DNA of 62,880 nucleotides, filler included, from Dugesia japonica (Eukaryota): NCBI GenBank assembly GCA_001938525.1. It is 6 parts of 6 records of this genome, joined end to end, with 100 filler letters (N's around TTAATTAATTAA, not from the genome) between each part and the next. Parts side by side here need not be neighbours in the genome. Positions count along the whole stretch, not along the records: positions 45,700 to 53,766 come from MQRL01597863.1; positions 53,867 to 62,880 come from MQRL01631619.1; 4 more parts are not named here. One strand, 5' to 3'. Shown piece by piece: positions 51,241 to 62,880 of this stretch (position 1 is its first letter; each line of letters starts with the position of its first letter). The notes under the pieces were generated by a model. It saw only the letters and a program-made list of their open reading frames with translations, ran no database searches and was not told where the DNA came from. The position numbers and the translations under genes were made by a program.

Positions 51241-53149
51241 TAGTTTAATCGATACAAATTTTATTCAATCAAAAATTGAAATATTACTCAGATCAATAAA
51301 TATTTGAGTAACTTATTTGATTTTAAAATTATCCCTATTTATTTTGTAACTACAAACTGTAAGTTTTTCTTCTTTATAATTAATTTTTATTGTAAAAACT
51401 TTAAATTGTATCAAGCAGCACAATTTGATCATGTTTTTTGCAAATTTTCTATGTCAAAATTAAGTTTGGTCATTTTAGATGATTTTTTTCTTGATTGGTG
51501 AAAGATTTTCTATCGAATGATGTGTTTCAATATGATTAGAGAAGAAAACCTTTAAAAATAGTCAAAAATTCTCAGGTTTATCCAATTTTTCTCAGCCCCA
51601 GACAAGATTTGACGATTTTAAACTGGATCAATCATGATCAGAGTAGAATTTTCTATCGAATAGAAAGGCATATAATCCCGAGGTCTCCCTAAATCGATTG
51701 TAAAAATCTCAACAAAATAATTTTCAAATAATCTTGAAAATTTGGAATATTCACCCGGATTCCCATTAACAAAATTGATTTAGAAATTCAAAATCTTGAA
51801 ATTTTAAACAAATTTGACTTTTCCCATGAATTTCCTTAAACGTTCAATTCAAAAAAATCAGGCCGGGGAAATTATCACCTAAAATTGACCCTTGTGAGTA
51901 AATAATTGACTAAGATTGTCCAAAACTAACCACTGTGACCAAATAATTGTCTAAGATTCGATCTCTTGAGGAAATTATTAACCAAGGTTACCCAAAACTG
52001 TCTATAACAAGGAAACATTTAATCAATATTGTTCAAAAATTACCCATTTGAATAAATTTCTGGGCAACAAGCAATTATTATCATCAAATTGAACAATCAG
52101 AGAATAAAGTACCCCCAGATACGGAGCCATCAGACGATTATAATTAGCCATCATCAGAACATTTTTCATTCCAAACTTGGAAAACTTATACAGTTAGCCA
52201 AATCAATTACATTCCAAATTCAAAATTGCCAGATTTGTGCAGTGAACGACTTAATCCAGCAATTATTTAAAGCAAGTAGCAATAAAAGCAAATTATTATT
52301 CTCCTTATTCATTCTATCAATCGATAAGACAACCAAGCTAAACCTCAACCGATTCTATCCAGAAAAGTTTGCCAGAATTCTTGATATATTATTACCAATT
52401 TCATTATTATTATCAAAAATCTCAAGCCTTTCTCCACTGATGAATATCCTGTTTATTTCTAAAAAAAACCGCAGTTATCAGACAAGAGGATGTTACATAT
52501 TTGTATTTGATATTATAGTTAAAATTAAATGATTAATAACAATTTCGGCTTTAATTTGTTTCATCTAACTTTAAAATTTTCAAAATTCAAAAAGGCTAGA
52601 CTATTATTAGGATCGTGATGTAGGATATTTACGGCTCACCTCCTTAGTATTGACTGTGATCATTATAGTTATACTGATCTCAATTCCTTTATTATCATAC
52701 CAACATGAAAACTTTGATTAAAAAAATTAGTATTATTATATCATTGTTGTTATTACGCATATTCACATTATTATTATCATTATCAAAGACATTATTAATA
52801 TTAACATTGTCATTACTATTATTGTTATTATTAGGTAATTACAATTATCACAATCGTTATCCTATGATTATTGTTATTATCATCACTGTTATAGTTATTA
52901 ACCTAGACAATATTGGTGTCATTATGAAAAACTCATTATTATAATTATTATTTAAAAACTCAAAAAATAACGGTAATCTTTTTAAATAAATAATTGACAA
53001 CCATTTTTTAAAATATTTATTTGCTATCAATTTCGACAGAATAACTGTCATCGTCAGGCAATTAAACAATATTACAACAAACTTTTTACAAAGTTTTAAT
53101 GATTATATAATTTCAATTGAGCAATCTCAATAAAAAATTTCAATAAAAT

Positions 53150-53766
53150 AATTTTAAGAGCGATGTTGAATCCGTCAACTGAACATTAATTTTAGAATTT
53201 AATGTCCTTATCAACAAAGCTTCGCACATCACTCTCTCCCAATTATTATTAAATCCACTGTACAGAATTTTAAAACTGAACACCCTATTTATTTTGTACA
53301 TTTTCTTCGATGCTCAACAATATTACTATTACCACTATTTCGACCATGCTCTTGAACTCTGGTGCAGATATGACGGATAGTCTCTCCAATGTATGTGGCT
53401 TTACACCTATTACATTTAAATTGATAGACCAGATCAGAGCACAAGCCTAAAGGTGTTAAAGATTTTTTATTGAACATATTTATAGCCTTATGAGATTGAG
53501 AAACAACAGTTACATTTAAAATATTCTTAAGAGCATTTTCAATCGAAAGTTTGAATTTTTTAAAGCCTTCAGAATAAAGTAAGGATAAAACAATTTTAGG
53601 ATCTGTTTATACAACCTCAGATACATCAACACGTGACAAGATACTATTAAGTTTATTCAAAGTTTCAAAATTTGTTCGTAAACAATTTAATCCGTAAACA
53701 ATTTAGAATACCCATTATTATGAAGTAAGTCAATTAAATTTTTAGACTCTTGTCTGCTTTGATAAA
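53150..53766 (-). mobile_element. Penelope-like element 3' region (GIY-YIG endonuclease)
   Basis: LVYQFKCNRCKATYIGETIRH..TRVQEH; EALLI....K.N.Q. Confidence 0.88.
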
Positions 53767-53866
53767 NNNNNNNNNNNNNNNNNNNNNNNNNNNNNNNNNN
53801 NNNNNNNNNNTTAATTAATTAANNNNNNNNNNNNNNNNNNNNNNNNNNNNNNNNNNNNNNNNNNNN
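53767..53866. other. Artificial contig spacer
   Basis: N44-TTAATTAATTAA-N44. Confidence 0.97.
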
Positions 53867-56059
53867 CTACTGAACTGTTTTCAAATCTTCCACAAAACTG
53901 TTTCGTAAACTATGTCGGGTTTCTAGGATTTATTGATATTAAATTTCGCTCGATTCCTTTTCCCAAATTCCAATCACTATTTTTTGTCATTTCTGTACTC
54001 TAGGGCCATACTTAGAAACCGCAAGCGTTTACGGTACTTCTGTACCATTCCCCTTCATTCTACGGGTTCAGCGCGATTTTGCGTTATTGCGTCTTACTTT
54101 CTCAGATGTTATAAATCATATGGACCTTTTTGCTCAGTAATTATTTTTCTCATTTAATTCAAATACAAAAATGGTATTACATAACCGAAAGGAACTGATA
54201 TAATTATGAACGTTGAACATTTATTTATTAATTACAACTGTCAGCCGTTTATGCGTCCAGATTGACAGAATTTTCCTCTGCCGGTCGATAATTCAGCCAC
54301 AAGGTTCGAATATCATTGAATACCGTTGATTCTCTGTCCGCTTAGATTTTTATAATATCCGTCATTAATCTGTTAGCCTGTTGTAAGTCTAATTTCTTTT
54401 CTTTTAATTGTTGATGCTTTGCGATGGCTTTGATTAATCCCCCCTTTAAATTGAGGATTTCATTTCTCATCTCACGGCTATCTTCTTTCAATCGCTTCTG
54501 GGCCGTCAGTAATTCTGATCGTGCACTCAATTCTTCCCTGGATTTATTCACTTAAATTATTTATATCATCAAAATTATTATTTACATACTATTTTACACG
54601 AAACGTACTTCGGTTAAGACAGGAGAAAATTAAATTTACGCAAAACAAAAAAATGTTTCTATTCATATTATATGTATCGTTAATAAATACAGTTTTATTT
54701 GCTCTATATAATTCTTCTTAATATGGTGCTTTATTGAATTTATCCCCATTTCCATTCAAGGCATGGAAAGCGATTTTCGTGAAATAGTAAAAACTAATCA
54801 AAGTTTAACCAATAAACTTTGAAACTTTAATAATTTCATTCAGGAATTCAAGTCGAACTTTGATACTAGCCAAACCCATCAAAGCACTTTCTCTGAATTA
54901 GTACTTACAAACCTCACCGAAATGAATAATTTAGACACAGAACTCTTTAATAAAATATTCAGTGGAGCTAACAAACAACCCACTATTCCTAATTTCTCTG
55001 GCTTACATTGGACAGATCAAAATAGGAATCTTATCACGGGGATATTTATGAAAAATCATGAACCCAGAAAAATTCAATGATCTGTACATCGCATAAAATT
55101 TCACTAATATTTTATAAGAAAATTGCAAAAATATTGGATTCGATATATTTCAGAATCTCTCAAACTTTAAAATATTTTTATTTGAAAAAATAAAATTAAT
55201 TTCAAAAAGTCCAAATTTTGAAAATAATATCGACTTTAAAGAATATATCACAAATTTCAACAAAAAAGTTATATAAAATTTGTCGAAAGATTTCGAAATT
55301 TCCTTAATAAAAGTTATTCTGAAAAATCGAATAATCAAACGATTGAAAGAAAAATTGAAAATTATGCACAATTTCACATTGGAAAAAAGACAAATTCCGA
55401 GAGAAAAATTGAAAATAATTTTAATTTTAAAAATTCAACAGACAAAGATGAAGAAAATATTAAAAAACAGACCAAAAATTCAAAAAATTTTGAAAATTTC
55501 AATAAAAATGAAAATTCTGAAAAAAAATTTGTATATATTAAAAGTCTACTTTATATTGATAATGTAAACTTTCAATAAATTAAAAATTTGACTAAAAATT
55601 CAAAAGAAATTGAAAATATCAGAACAATTGAAAAATTTTCTTAATGGTATTACAAATGAATATTTAACTGAAAAGAATATTCATAAAAATAAAAATGTCA
55701 TTGAACTGATTAACTGCAAATATGAAGATTTTAAAGATTAAAAATTTTCATCATTCAAAAGTAAAGATACTGAACAAAAATTAGCAAATCATTAAAAGCA
55801 GCCATTTTTCTTAGTCCCTGCTAGTACGAAGCTCTCTCACGAGTTTCCCTCTCATTCCGTGTCAGTCCAGATAATTATTAATGAATAAATTAATGAACAC
55901 TTTTATTGCACTTAAATAATTTTCGTTCTTTAAACGTTAAATAAAAAAAATTTAATTCATTAAATATATCAGTCAACGAAAATAAAGTTAGGTAAGTATC
56001 ATAGATTTATTTCAATTGACCAAAAAATAATAGATAGATTAAATAACAATAACATTGAA

Positions 56060-56830
56060 ATATGGAAAGGATATGAAATATGCTCATAAACGAATTAAAT
56101 TTATTTTACTGTTCGATATTATTACAAACCGAATGAACAAAGTGCGCTCATAGACGAATAAAGTATCATCTAAGTTGAAGATTTTACGAAATATGCTCAA
56201 AGCAACCATTCATGTTGAAGAGCGTATGGAATGTGCTAATAGACGAGCTAACTGTTTAATTAGATAAATTTACACACAAAAAAGTGCGTAAAAAGTGATA
56301 TATTTGAGGAATATAGAATATAGTGAGCATACGGAATGTGTTTATAGATGACTAAGTTATCATATAGATTGAGAAATGCATGAACTGTTCTCAAAGACGA
56401 CTAAAGTAATCCCACAGGCTTATTAACATTAAGCTTGTTAAATGAATTTGATTTATTTGTATTAAGTTTATTNACTGTAGCGGATTTGTTGAGTGCATTG
56501 AATCGCTAAGTCAATGAATGGTTGATTAAATTAAGTAAATGAATTAAGTTGATTGAATGAGTGCATGAATTGAGCTCATAGATGTCCGAATTATCATATA
56601 GGTTTATGAGTTCACAAAGTGTGCACATATATGACTAAGTAATTCTTCTTTTTGATGTACACAGGTACTTTGTTCATAAACAATCAAACTGCTTAAGTAG
56701 ATAAATGTACACCCAAAGTGCGCACACATAAGTCATATTTACATTCATAACAGGATACGATGAACGTACGTAGTGCTTTTATGGACGAGTAAGTGTTTCT
56801 ATAAGTTGATAATTATACAAAATTGTACAA
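56060..56830 (+). repeat. Degenerate ~48-50-bp minisatellite with higher-order duplication
   Basis: Recurring core (G/T)GCTCATAGACGA...T(A)TCAT; 56260-56370 resembles 56697-56810. Confidence 0.7.
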
Positions 56831-57189
56831 CAGGGCTGATTCTTTCCATGTGGACATTGACATTAACATTTAAAATTTCCCTGGGAAATATCAATACTTT
56901 TAATTTTCCCTAGCAACATTAATATTAGAATCTCTTCCAATAATATTAACATTAAAATCTAGATGTCTTCTCTTGGAAAATATTAACATTAAAATTTAAT
57001 AAATCCTTGAAAAGTTTCATTATGATTTATTAAGTTTTTGGAAAAATTACTCAACTTCTAGTAAAATTATTAGAACTTTCATTAACTTTTAGTAAATTTT
57101 GTTATTATTTTTCCTATAGTTTACGAAGGATTTTGAAAACTTTTATCGACTTTTAATAAATTTTTAAAACCTTTCATCAACTTCTAATA

Positions 57190-58465
57190 TTTTATTTTAA
57201 TAACCAAAATTAAGTACCAATTTTTTCTGTATTGGATACTAAGAACGCAAGTTCTCTCTGATAGTTAATAAGATTGGATTTGAAATTTTAAAATAAACAT
57301 CCAATATTAACAATTTCATAAAAATATTAGGAATAATATACGATAAAATTTTGAAAGAAAGAAAAGAGCATGTTAATTTATTTCAAATGAATTTGAAGAT
57401 TGAATATTACTAATATATTGATACTAATGTTTCATTTCACGAATCATCAGATTTTTTGGAAATAAATTGCCACACTCCTTTCTTTCTTTATAAAGTTTTT
57501 TTTCATTTTTAATAATATTGCGATTTGTTGATGAAAAAAAATTAATAATTACAATTATTGTGAGAATAATTGTTGGACTTAACCATTGATCGGATTTGAG
57601 ATTTCATTAAAATAAGATAAGGCTTCGATCAAAACAAATAAATTTTACAAATAAATTTTTGTTTTGTTTTGATCGAAGCCTTATCTTATTTTAATGGAAA
57701 AAAAATTAAATATATTGAAGTATGAATGAGGTAGTCTCAACCAGTAGAAATGTGTATTGTACCGAAAATGATTTGTCCAAATCTTTCCAGTCCTTTCTTT
57801 CTTGTTATTCATTTACAGTGGATATGAAATTTTAAATAGATAATCAATGATCTAATTTAATTAAATTACAAATAACATTAATTTGAATTAAACTTATAAA
57901 GCTATTAATTGTTTAGTTTAAAAGATTTTTCTTAACAAAGAAATTTTTTTAACCAAACATTTAATAGCTTTTTAAATTAAATTCAAATTAATGTTTAAAA
58001 GTTAGATTTCTGAGATAATAAAATTGGCATTAATAGCTTTAAGAATATTAAAACGCTCTAAATATCTACATATATAAACAAAGTGACTTTCGAAAATACG
58101 AAAAGGTTTAGAAATTATTTCTTTATTATATAATAACAGAGTTTCTTTTCTGCTTTTAATTTTAATTCTAACAAAATAATAAAATGCATAATGCAGATTC
58201 TATCCGATTACATTAACTGATCCCAAAAGAATTTCGCTCAGGTTTTAATGAAATCTAAGTCTTCAAATTGAAAGAAAATTCTATTTTAATGAAATTATAG
58301 AAAGATTATCGTATATTATTCCTAATATTTTTATGAAATTGTTAATATTGGATGTTTATTTTAGAATTTCAAATCCAATCTTATTAACTATCAGAGAGAA
58401 CTTGCGTTCTTAGTATCCAATACAGAAAAAATTCGTACTTGATTTTGGTTATAAAAATAAAATAT
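57190..58465. repeat. Nested inverted repeats (foldback)
   Basis: ~155-bp arms 57190-57346/58306-58465; perfect 34-bp hairpin 57605-57638/57663-57696; imperfect IR ~57873-57997. Confidence 0.9.
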
Positions 58466-59699
58466 TTCTAATAGCTAAAATTTATATTCAAAATGAAATA
58501 ATAATGATTATTATTATTCATTAAAATAACAGCTTCGATAAAAAATTTTATTTTGGTTTTTGATAATAATTCTAAATTTCCACTTTGTCTTCTTCAGGAA
58601 TTAATTAATATTATTTTCATTTTATTATTTTAAATATAAGATTTTTAACATACTGTTTTCTAGGATTTTGTCCGTTATACCCGAATTACTGTAGTAATAG
58701 TATACATAATACTTCTTACCATTCTATTATGGAGAAGTATTGTGGTCGTTTTTGTGACAAGGTAACGTATTTAATATGTCCAGCATGCAATGTGTGAAAA
58801 GAAGAATGTTTATTCCCGTTTGATTGATTATAATGATGTAGTTTCTACAAATTTGATCAATCAAATTGAGACTTTAATAAATTATAGATATTGCAAAAAA
58901 TCACTTCAATAATATCAGATCAACGGATTGACGAATGAATGCGTCAAGTTGAAAAGTTATGAAAATTGAATAATTTTGAAGAAAATCAAATCAGAAAAAT
59001 TAACAATTCCAAGCAGAATTAAAGAAAAATAAGGAGCTTTATTTCATAAAAAATCTTTTAGTATTAGTTGTAGTAGTAGTAGTAATTGTAAAAAAGAAGT
59101 AAATGCAAAAAAATTACCATGCCACTCTGTATACGTCAAAAAATCTCCTAAAATAGACATTTTCTACTGAAAATCATGAAAAAATCACTAAAATTATAAA
59201 AATTGTACGGCAAAAATCAATTTTATGGTAAAGAATAAACTGTACAGTAAATTTTAAAGAAAAAAAGAAAAGGAAATTTCAAATTATATATCAACTTTCA
59301 TNNNNNNNNNNNNNNNNNNNNNNNNNNNNNNNNNNNNNNNNNNNNNNNNNNNNNNNNNNNNNNNNNNNNNNNNNNNNNNTGGAAAAGAATTTGATAATAC
59401 ACGAAATTTACGTGAACATTGTAAAACCTTTGAACAAGATGTAATACATTTTGAGAATATATTTTATTATGAGCATTAAAACACAAGTGAAGCTCATTAT
59501 ATATTTTGCACGAATGTGAGAATTTTTGAAAAAAAAAGTTAAAATTGTTTAATTTCAAAGAGCTCACAATATAGATTAGATAGACATTGGTCTCTTTGTT
59601 TAAAAAATAGCCAATCAACAACTTTTTTATCCAAAGTTTATTATTTAAAATTTAATAAATTTAGTTTTAAAAATAAAGTACCTGTAGTTTTAGTTGCAG

Positions 59700-60590
59700 A
59701 TCTTATGGCATACAACGTTAGAGTTTCAAATGATCCTCTTACAACAGATAAATCTGAAAGAATTTTAAAACCAACTGAATGTTTACAAAAACCGTTATTT
59801 CGGTTTATGTATTAAAAGTAACTATGAAAATTTAATTAAATATTAATACTTAGAATATTATGGTGAAGATTTAGCTGAAGAATCTGTAGAACTACTTGTT
59901 AAATTAGAAAGTAGAAGTTCTTAAAATCAATAACCCATTTATTCTAAAATTAATTCCTCCATTAACAGAAAAAATTTTAACATGTTATTATTATAAAAAA
60001 AAAATTTTTTATCTGATAAGTTAGTGAGAGATCATGATCATTAGTCAGGGACATTTAAACGATTGTCCTGTGATGAATGTAACTTGGAAGCAAAGAATAG
60101 TTCCTTTATACTTTCACAATGGAAGTGAGTATGATGTTCATACTTTTTACAAAACTATTTTCAAATGAAGAAATAAAAAAGTTACGTAAAAAAATGGTTT
60201 ATATCAGGGTATTAAATAGTTATTAATTTCTTACTAGTGTAAATAAATACTAATTCACTGGAACAGTAACGTAATATTTTAAAAGCAGATCAATTTAAAA
60301 GATTACAAAATTATAATGTATTACTCACAGGAAAACCAATGAAAGGAATATACCCTTATGAATATATTTGCACGGAGAAGAAAGAAACATTTGAAAGAAT
60401 TAATAATAAATGAGAGAAAAGTAATTATCTCCCATAAAAAGGTTTTATAGTAGGTTAAATAATAAACATTTATCTGAGGCAGATTATATACAAGCAAATG
60501 AGAATAGGAGAATATCAAAATGTGAATATATATATGATTATACAATTTTACAATTACAATATTTTCGAGAATAATTGTTAGAAGTTGACA
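59700..60590 (+). mobile_element. Polinton pPolB remnant (different family from 32400-34310)
   Basis: YYGED, VRDHDH.SG....SCDECNL, FHNGSEYD.H, KGIYPYEY. Confidence 0.8.
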
Positions 60591-61599
60591 TTAATCGTTT
60601 TTTAAATTTCACTCAAATAAAAGCTTAGATCAAATTATTTTTGTTTTTTGATAGTATTTTAAATTTTCGACTTTGTCTTAGTCAGGAATTAACTTTATTG
60701 ATTTATTCAGTATTTTATTTTATAATAGAAATAATTTTTTTGAGATAATTTATTTTGCTGAATTTTAATTGGTTAATTTATTTTGTTGAATTTTAATTTT
60801 TATTTAGATTTAATTATTTATTTATTATAAATTACATTGATTTTTGGATTATCTTCTTTAGTTTTATTCCTGTAAAGCGTGGAAATGTAGACTGTTCCTA
60901 GTGGTTTTTATGTTATGTTATGTTCCTTAATTCTTGTACGAATGGTTCTGCATGTTTCTTCTATATGTGTATACTTCTATAAGGTGTACGTTATTTTGCA
61001 AGTGATATTTTTTTATTGCATATATTTCTACCATCATAATGTTGAGATGTCTTTGGGATTTGGCAAAGTCAAATCAACAAAATGCGTGAGTTTGAATAAT
61101 TTTAAAGAAGATCTCAAATCCAATTATAGTATTGAAAATATGCGTCTCTATAGCTTAATATTTTTTAATATAGATATAATTATACTTTATAAATACGTAT
61201 TATAGTCAGACCTTATAAATTCAATAAAGAAAAATTACTTTATAAAACTTATATTATAAATACAATTTACACGTTACGATTTTTATCTCGCCATTGTTGT
61301 CTCAGTGAAGAAAGAAAGAGTAAATAAGAGTAAATTTTAAAACCATATAGTTATTAATATTTTAATTTATTGTTGAACAAGTTATTTAAAAAATGTGTTT
61401 TGAAAATCTTATATTTTTTATTGTAATATTTTAATTAATTGTACTTACCGTCAGATTTCAAGTTAGTGTTATCATTTGTATTGAAAGGATTAGAGCATTT
61501 ATAACTATTTCAATTTAGTACTTGTTTAGTAATTATTAATGAAATTTTAGTAATATTTGCAGAAATATTTTTGAATTGAATTTTATTTTTGCACTCGGG

Positions 61600-62050
61600 C
61601 TTAGTGAACTTGGTTTGCGCAGATAAAGTTGTCTATTCTTCATTTCCTTTTTCGAAGTAAATTCGTTGTTAAACGGCCAAATGCACAAAAAGGCATATGA
61701 CTTTGTGAGATCGATTATGTATTTTTCACACAAACAAACGCTAGACAGACTCAGGAGCGCTCCTGTAATGGTAGTTAAGAAAATTGGTGATTTCGTCATA
61801 TTTAAGCAGCTGATTTCCCTATGAAGTAACTGCTATGTTTACGCAATCGAAGCCTCTTAAATTTTTTTGTAGGTGTACTTGATGGCTGACAAAGATGTGC
61901 ACACCTTAACGTTGATATGTGCGTTGTACTTCAGAAAGTGATAAGGGTCGTACGGTAAGACAGAACGGTTGTCCATCCATAAGCCTTGGACTGAAGCTTG
62001 TTTACTTCGGCGACGGATGTACACTGGATAACTGCTGACATTTGGTATTT
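61600..62050 (-). mobile_element. Helitron Rep-helicase fragment
   Basis: YP.Y.RR; DNRSVLPYDPY.FLKYNAHINVKVC.S.SAIKY.YK; DEI..F....Y.SAPE...RLF...VHL. Confidence 0.88.
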
Positions 62051-62156
62051 AATAAAAAAAATGAGAGAAACCAACACACAAACAATGAGCAAGTATACAG
62101 ACTAACATACACCACTGGGTTTTCATGTAATTATTATCCAGTGTTGGTTTATAACA

Positions 62157-62740
62157 ATTCGGTCGGTAAATAAGTTCTCTCGTTTTTTTATTAAAATGTA
62201 TTTAAGAAACAAACCAGCTATTTTTTATTATTTATAAATAAATAATCATTTTGCTGCAATATTGACATGGAGGCACCATTTTTGTCGCCACTACGATTCT
62301 CTTCAGATATGGTTTCTTGTGGCTACATGTCTCTTTATACTGAGCGAGATGTTGCTCGGCAATTTGGAAATGATTTTCTTTGGTTTGTTTACTAAGTTTC
62401 TCTAAATATTTCTTCAAAACATATCAAATGGACATGTCTAAGGATTGTTGGATGAGTGCAATCCATCTTTTTGGCAAATTCTATGAATGTTAGCGGCTAT
62501 CCTCCTTTAAAAGCACTTGAAGAAGTTTTTCGTCAAATTCGGAGCATGATCAGAGCATGGCTTAAAATTACTATTTTCTAAATTATTATAACAATCATGT
62601 GCAGTTCTTACAGTTATCGCATGATCTTCATTCACGACAAAAATGCCTCGTACCACTTCCGTAGCATTTCGACCACAACGAATAGCAAAGTAAAGTAAAT
62701 GTCTAGAGTGAACGTTTTTAATTTTTGAAATTTTCATTTG
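62157..62740 (-). mobile_element. Internally deleted mariner element
   Basis: RHLLYF...GRNATE...I..V....AITVRT HTH region; TIR-like TTCGGTCGGTAAATAAGT at ~62158. Confidence 0.8.
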
Positions 62741-62880
62741 TAGAGCTAAAATTATAGGAGCAATCAAATTATTGAGAAAAATTATGATGAACACAAGTTT
62801 GTTAAGGAGAATGAGTAATTTGAAATAACTATATACATTTTGCCAAACAAACCACAAAAGTAGCGATTAAAAAAGTATAA

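Noticed and set aside
52089-52532. 147-aa ORF
   Set aside because: Non-ATG start and no recognisable motif; likely chance or decayed TE
52705-53069. Hydrophobic signal-peptide-like ORFs
   Set aside because: Produced by degenerate (ATT)n simple sequence
10889-53866. Recurring palindrome TTAATTAATTAA flanked by Ns
   Set aside because: Exact 44+12+44 layout five times: an artificial six-frame-stop spacer. No synteny should be inferred across it.
55100-55800. Lys/Ile-rich ORFs
   Set aside because: Low-complexity A-rich sequence
56060-56830. CRISPR-like array
   Set aside because: Eukaryotic context, highly degenerate repeats, inter-core sequences homologous to each other, no cas genes
58660-58800. 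Possible RING-finger exon (CGRFC...ICPAC)
   Set aside because: Ligand spacing incomplete and a stop follows immediately; cannot be supported

Overview
Very AT-rich eukaryotic (metazoan) DNA with short (~40-50 nt) introns. The composition and TE set suggest a flatworm/planarian, but that is inference. The window is not one locus: six contigs are joined by five identical artificial 100-bp spacers (N44-TTAATTAATTAA-N44 at 10889, 22410, 37062, 45600, 53767). Most of it is decayed transposable elements: several Gypsy LTR remnants, mariner/Tc1 copies (one full length with TIRs), hAT, two RLE-type non-LTR elements (one NeSL-like), Penelope, Helitron, and many Polinton/Maverick pieces (pPolB, packaging ATPase, integrase) with six copies of an AGTAGATAGATAG-type terminus. 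Host genes are ERp29 (first two exons), a mitofusin/dynamin-like GTPase N-terminus, a small secreted Cys-rich peptide and a Ser/Asn-rich exon. The standout is a degenerate Gypsy-type retroelement at ~37.7-42.8 kb. Its coding order is Gag, then a ubiquitin-like domain, then a chuvirus-like envelope glycoprotein, then the aspartic protease. The env therefore lies between gag and pol, with the protease in the same frame as the env membrane anchor. All family calls come from motif recognition by eye; no searches were run.
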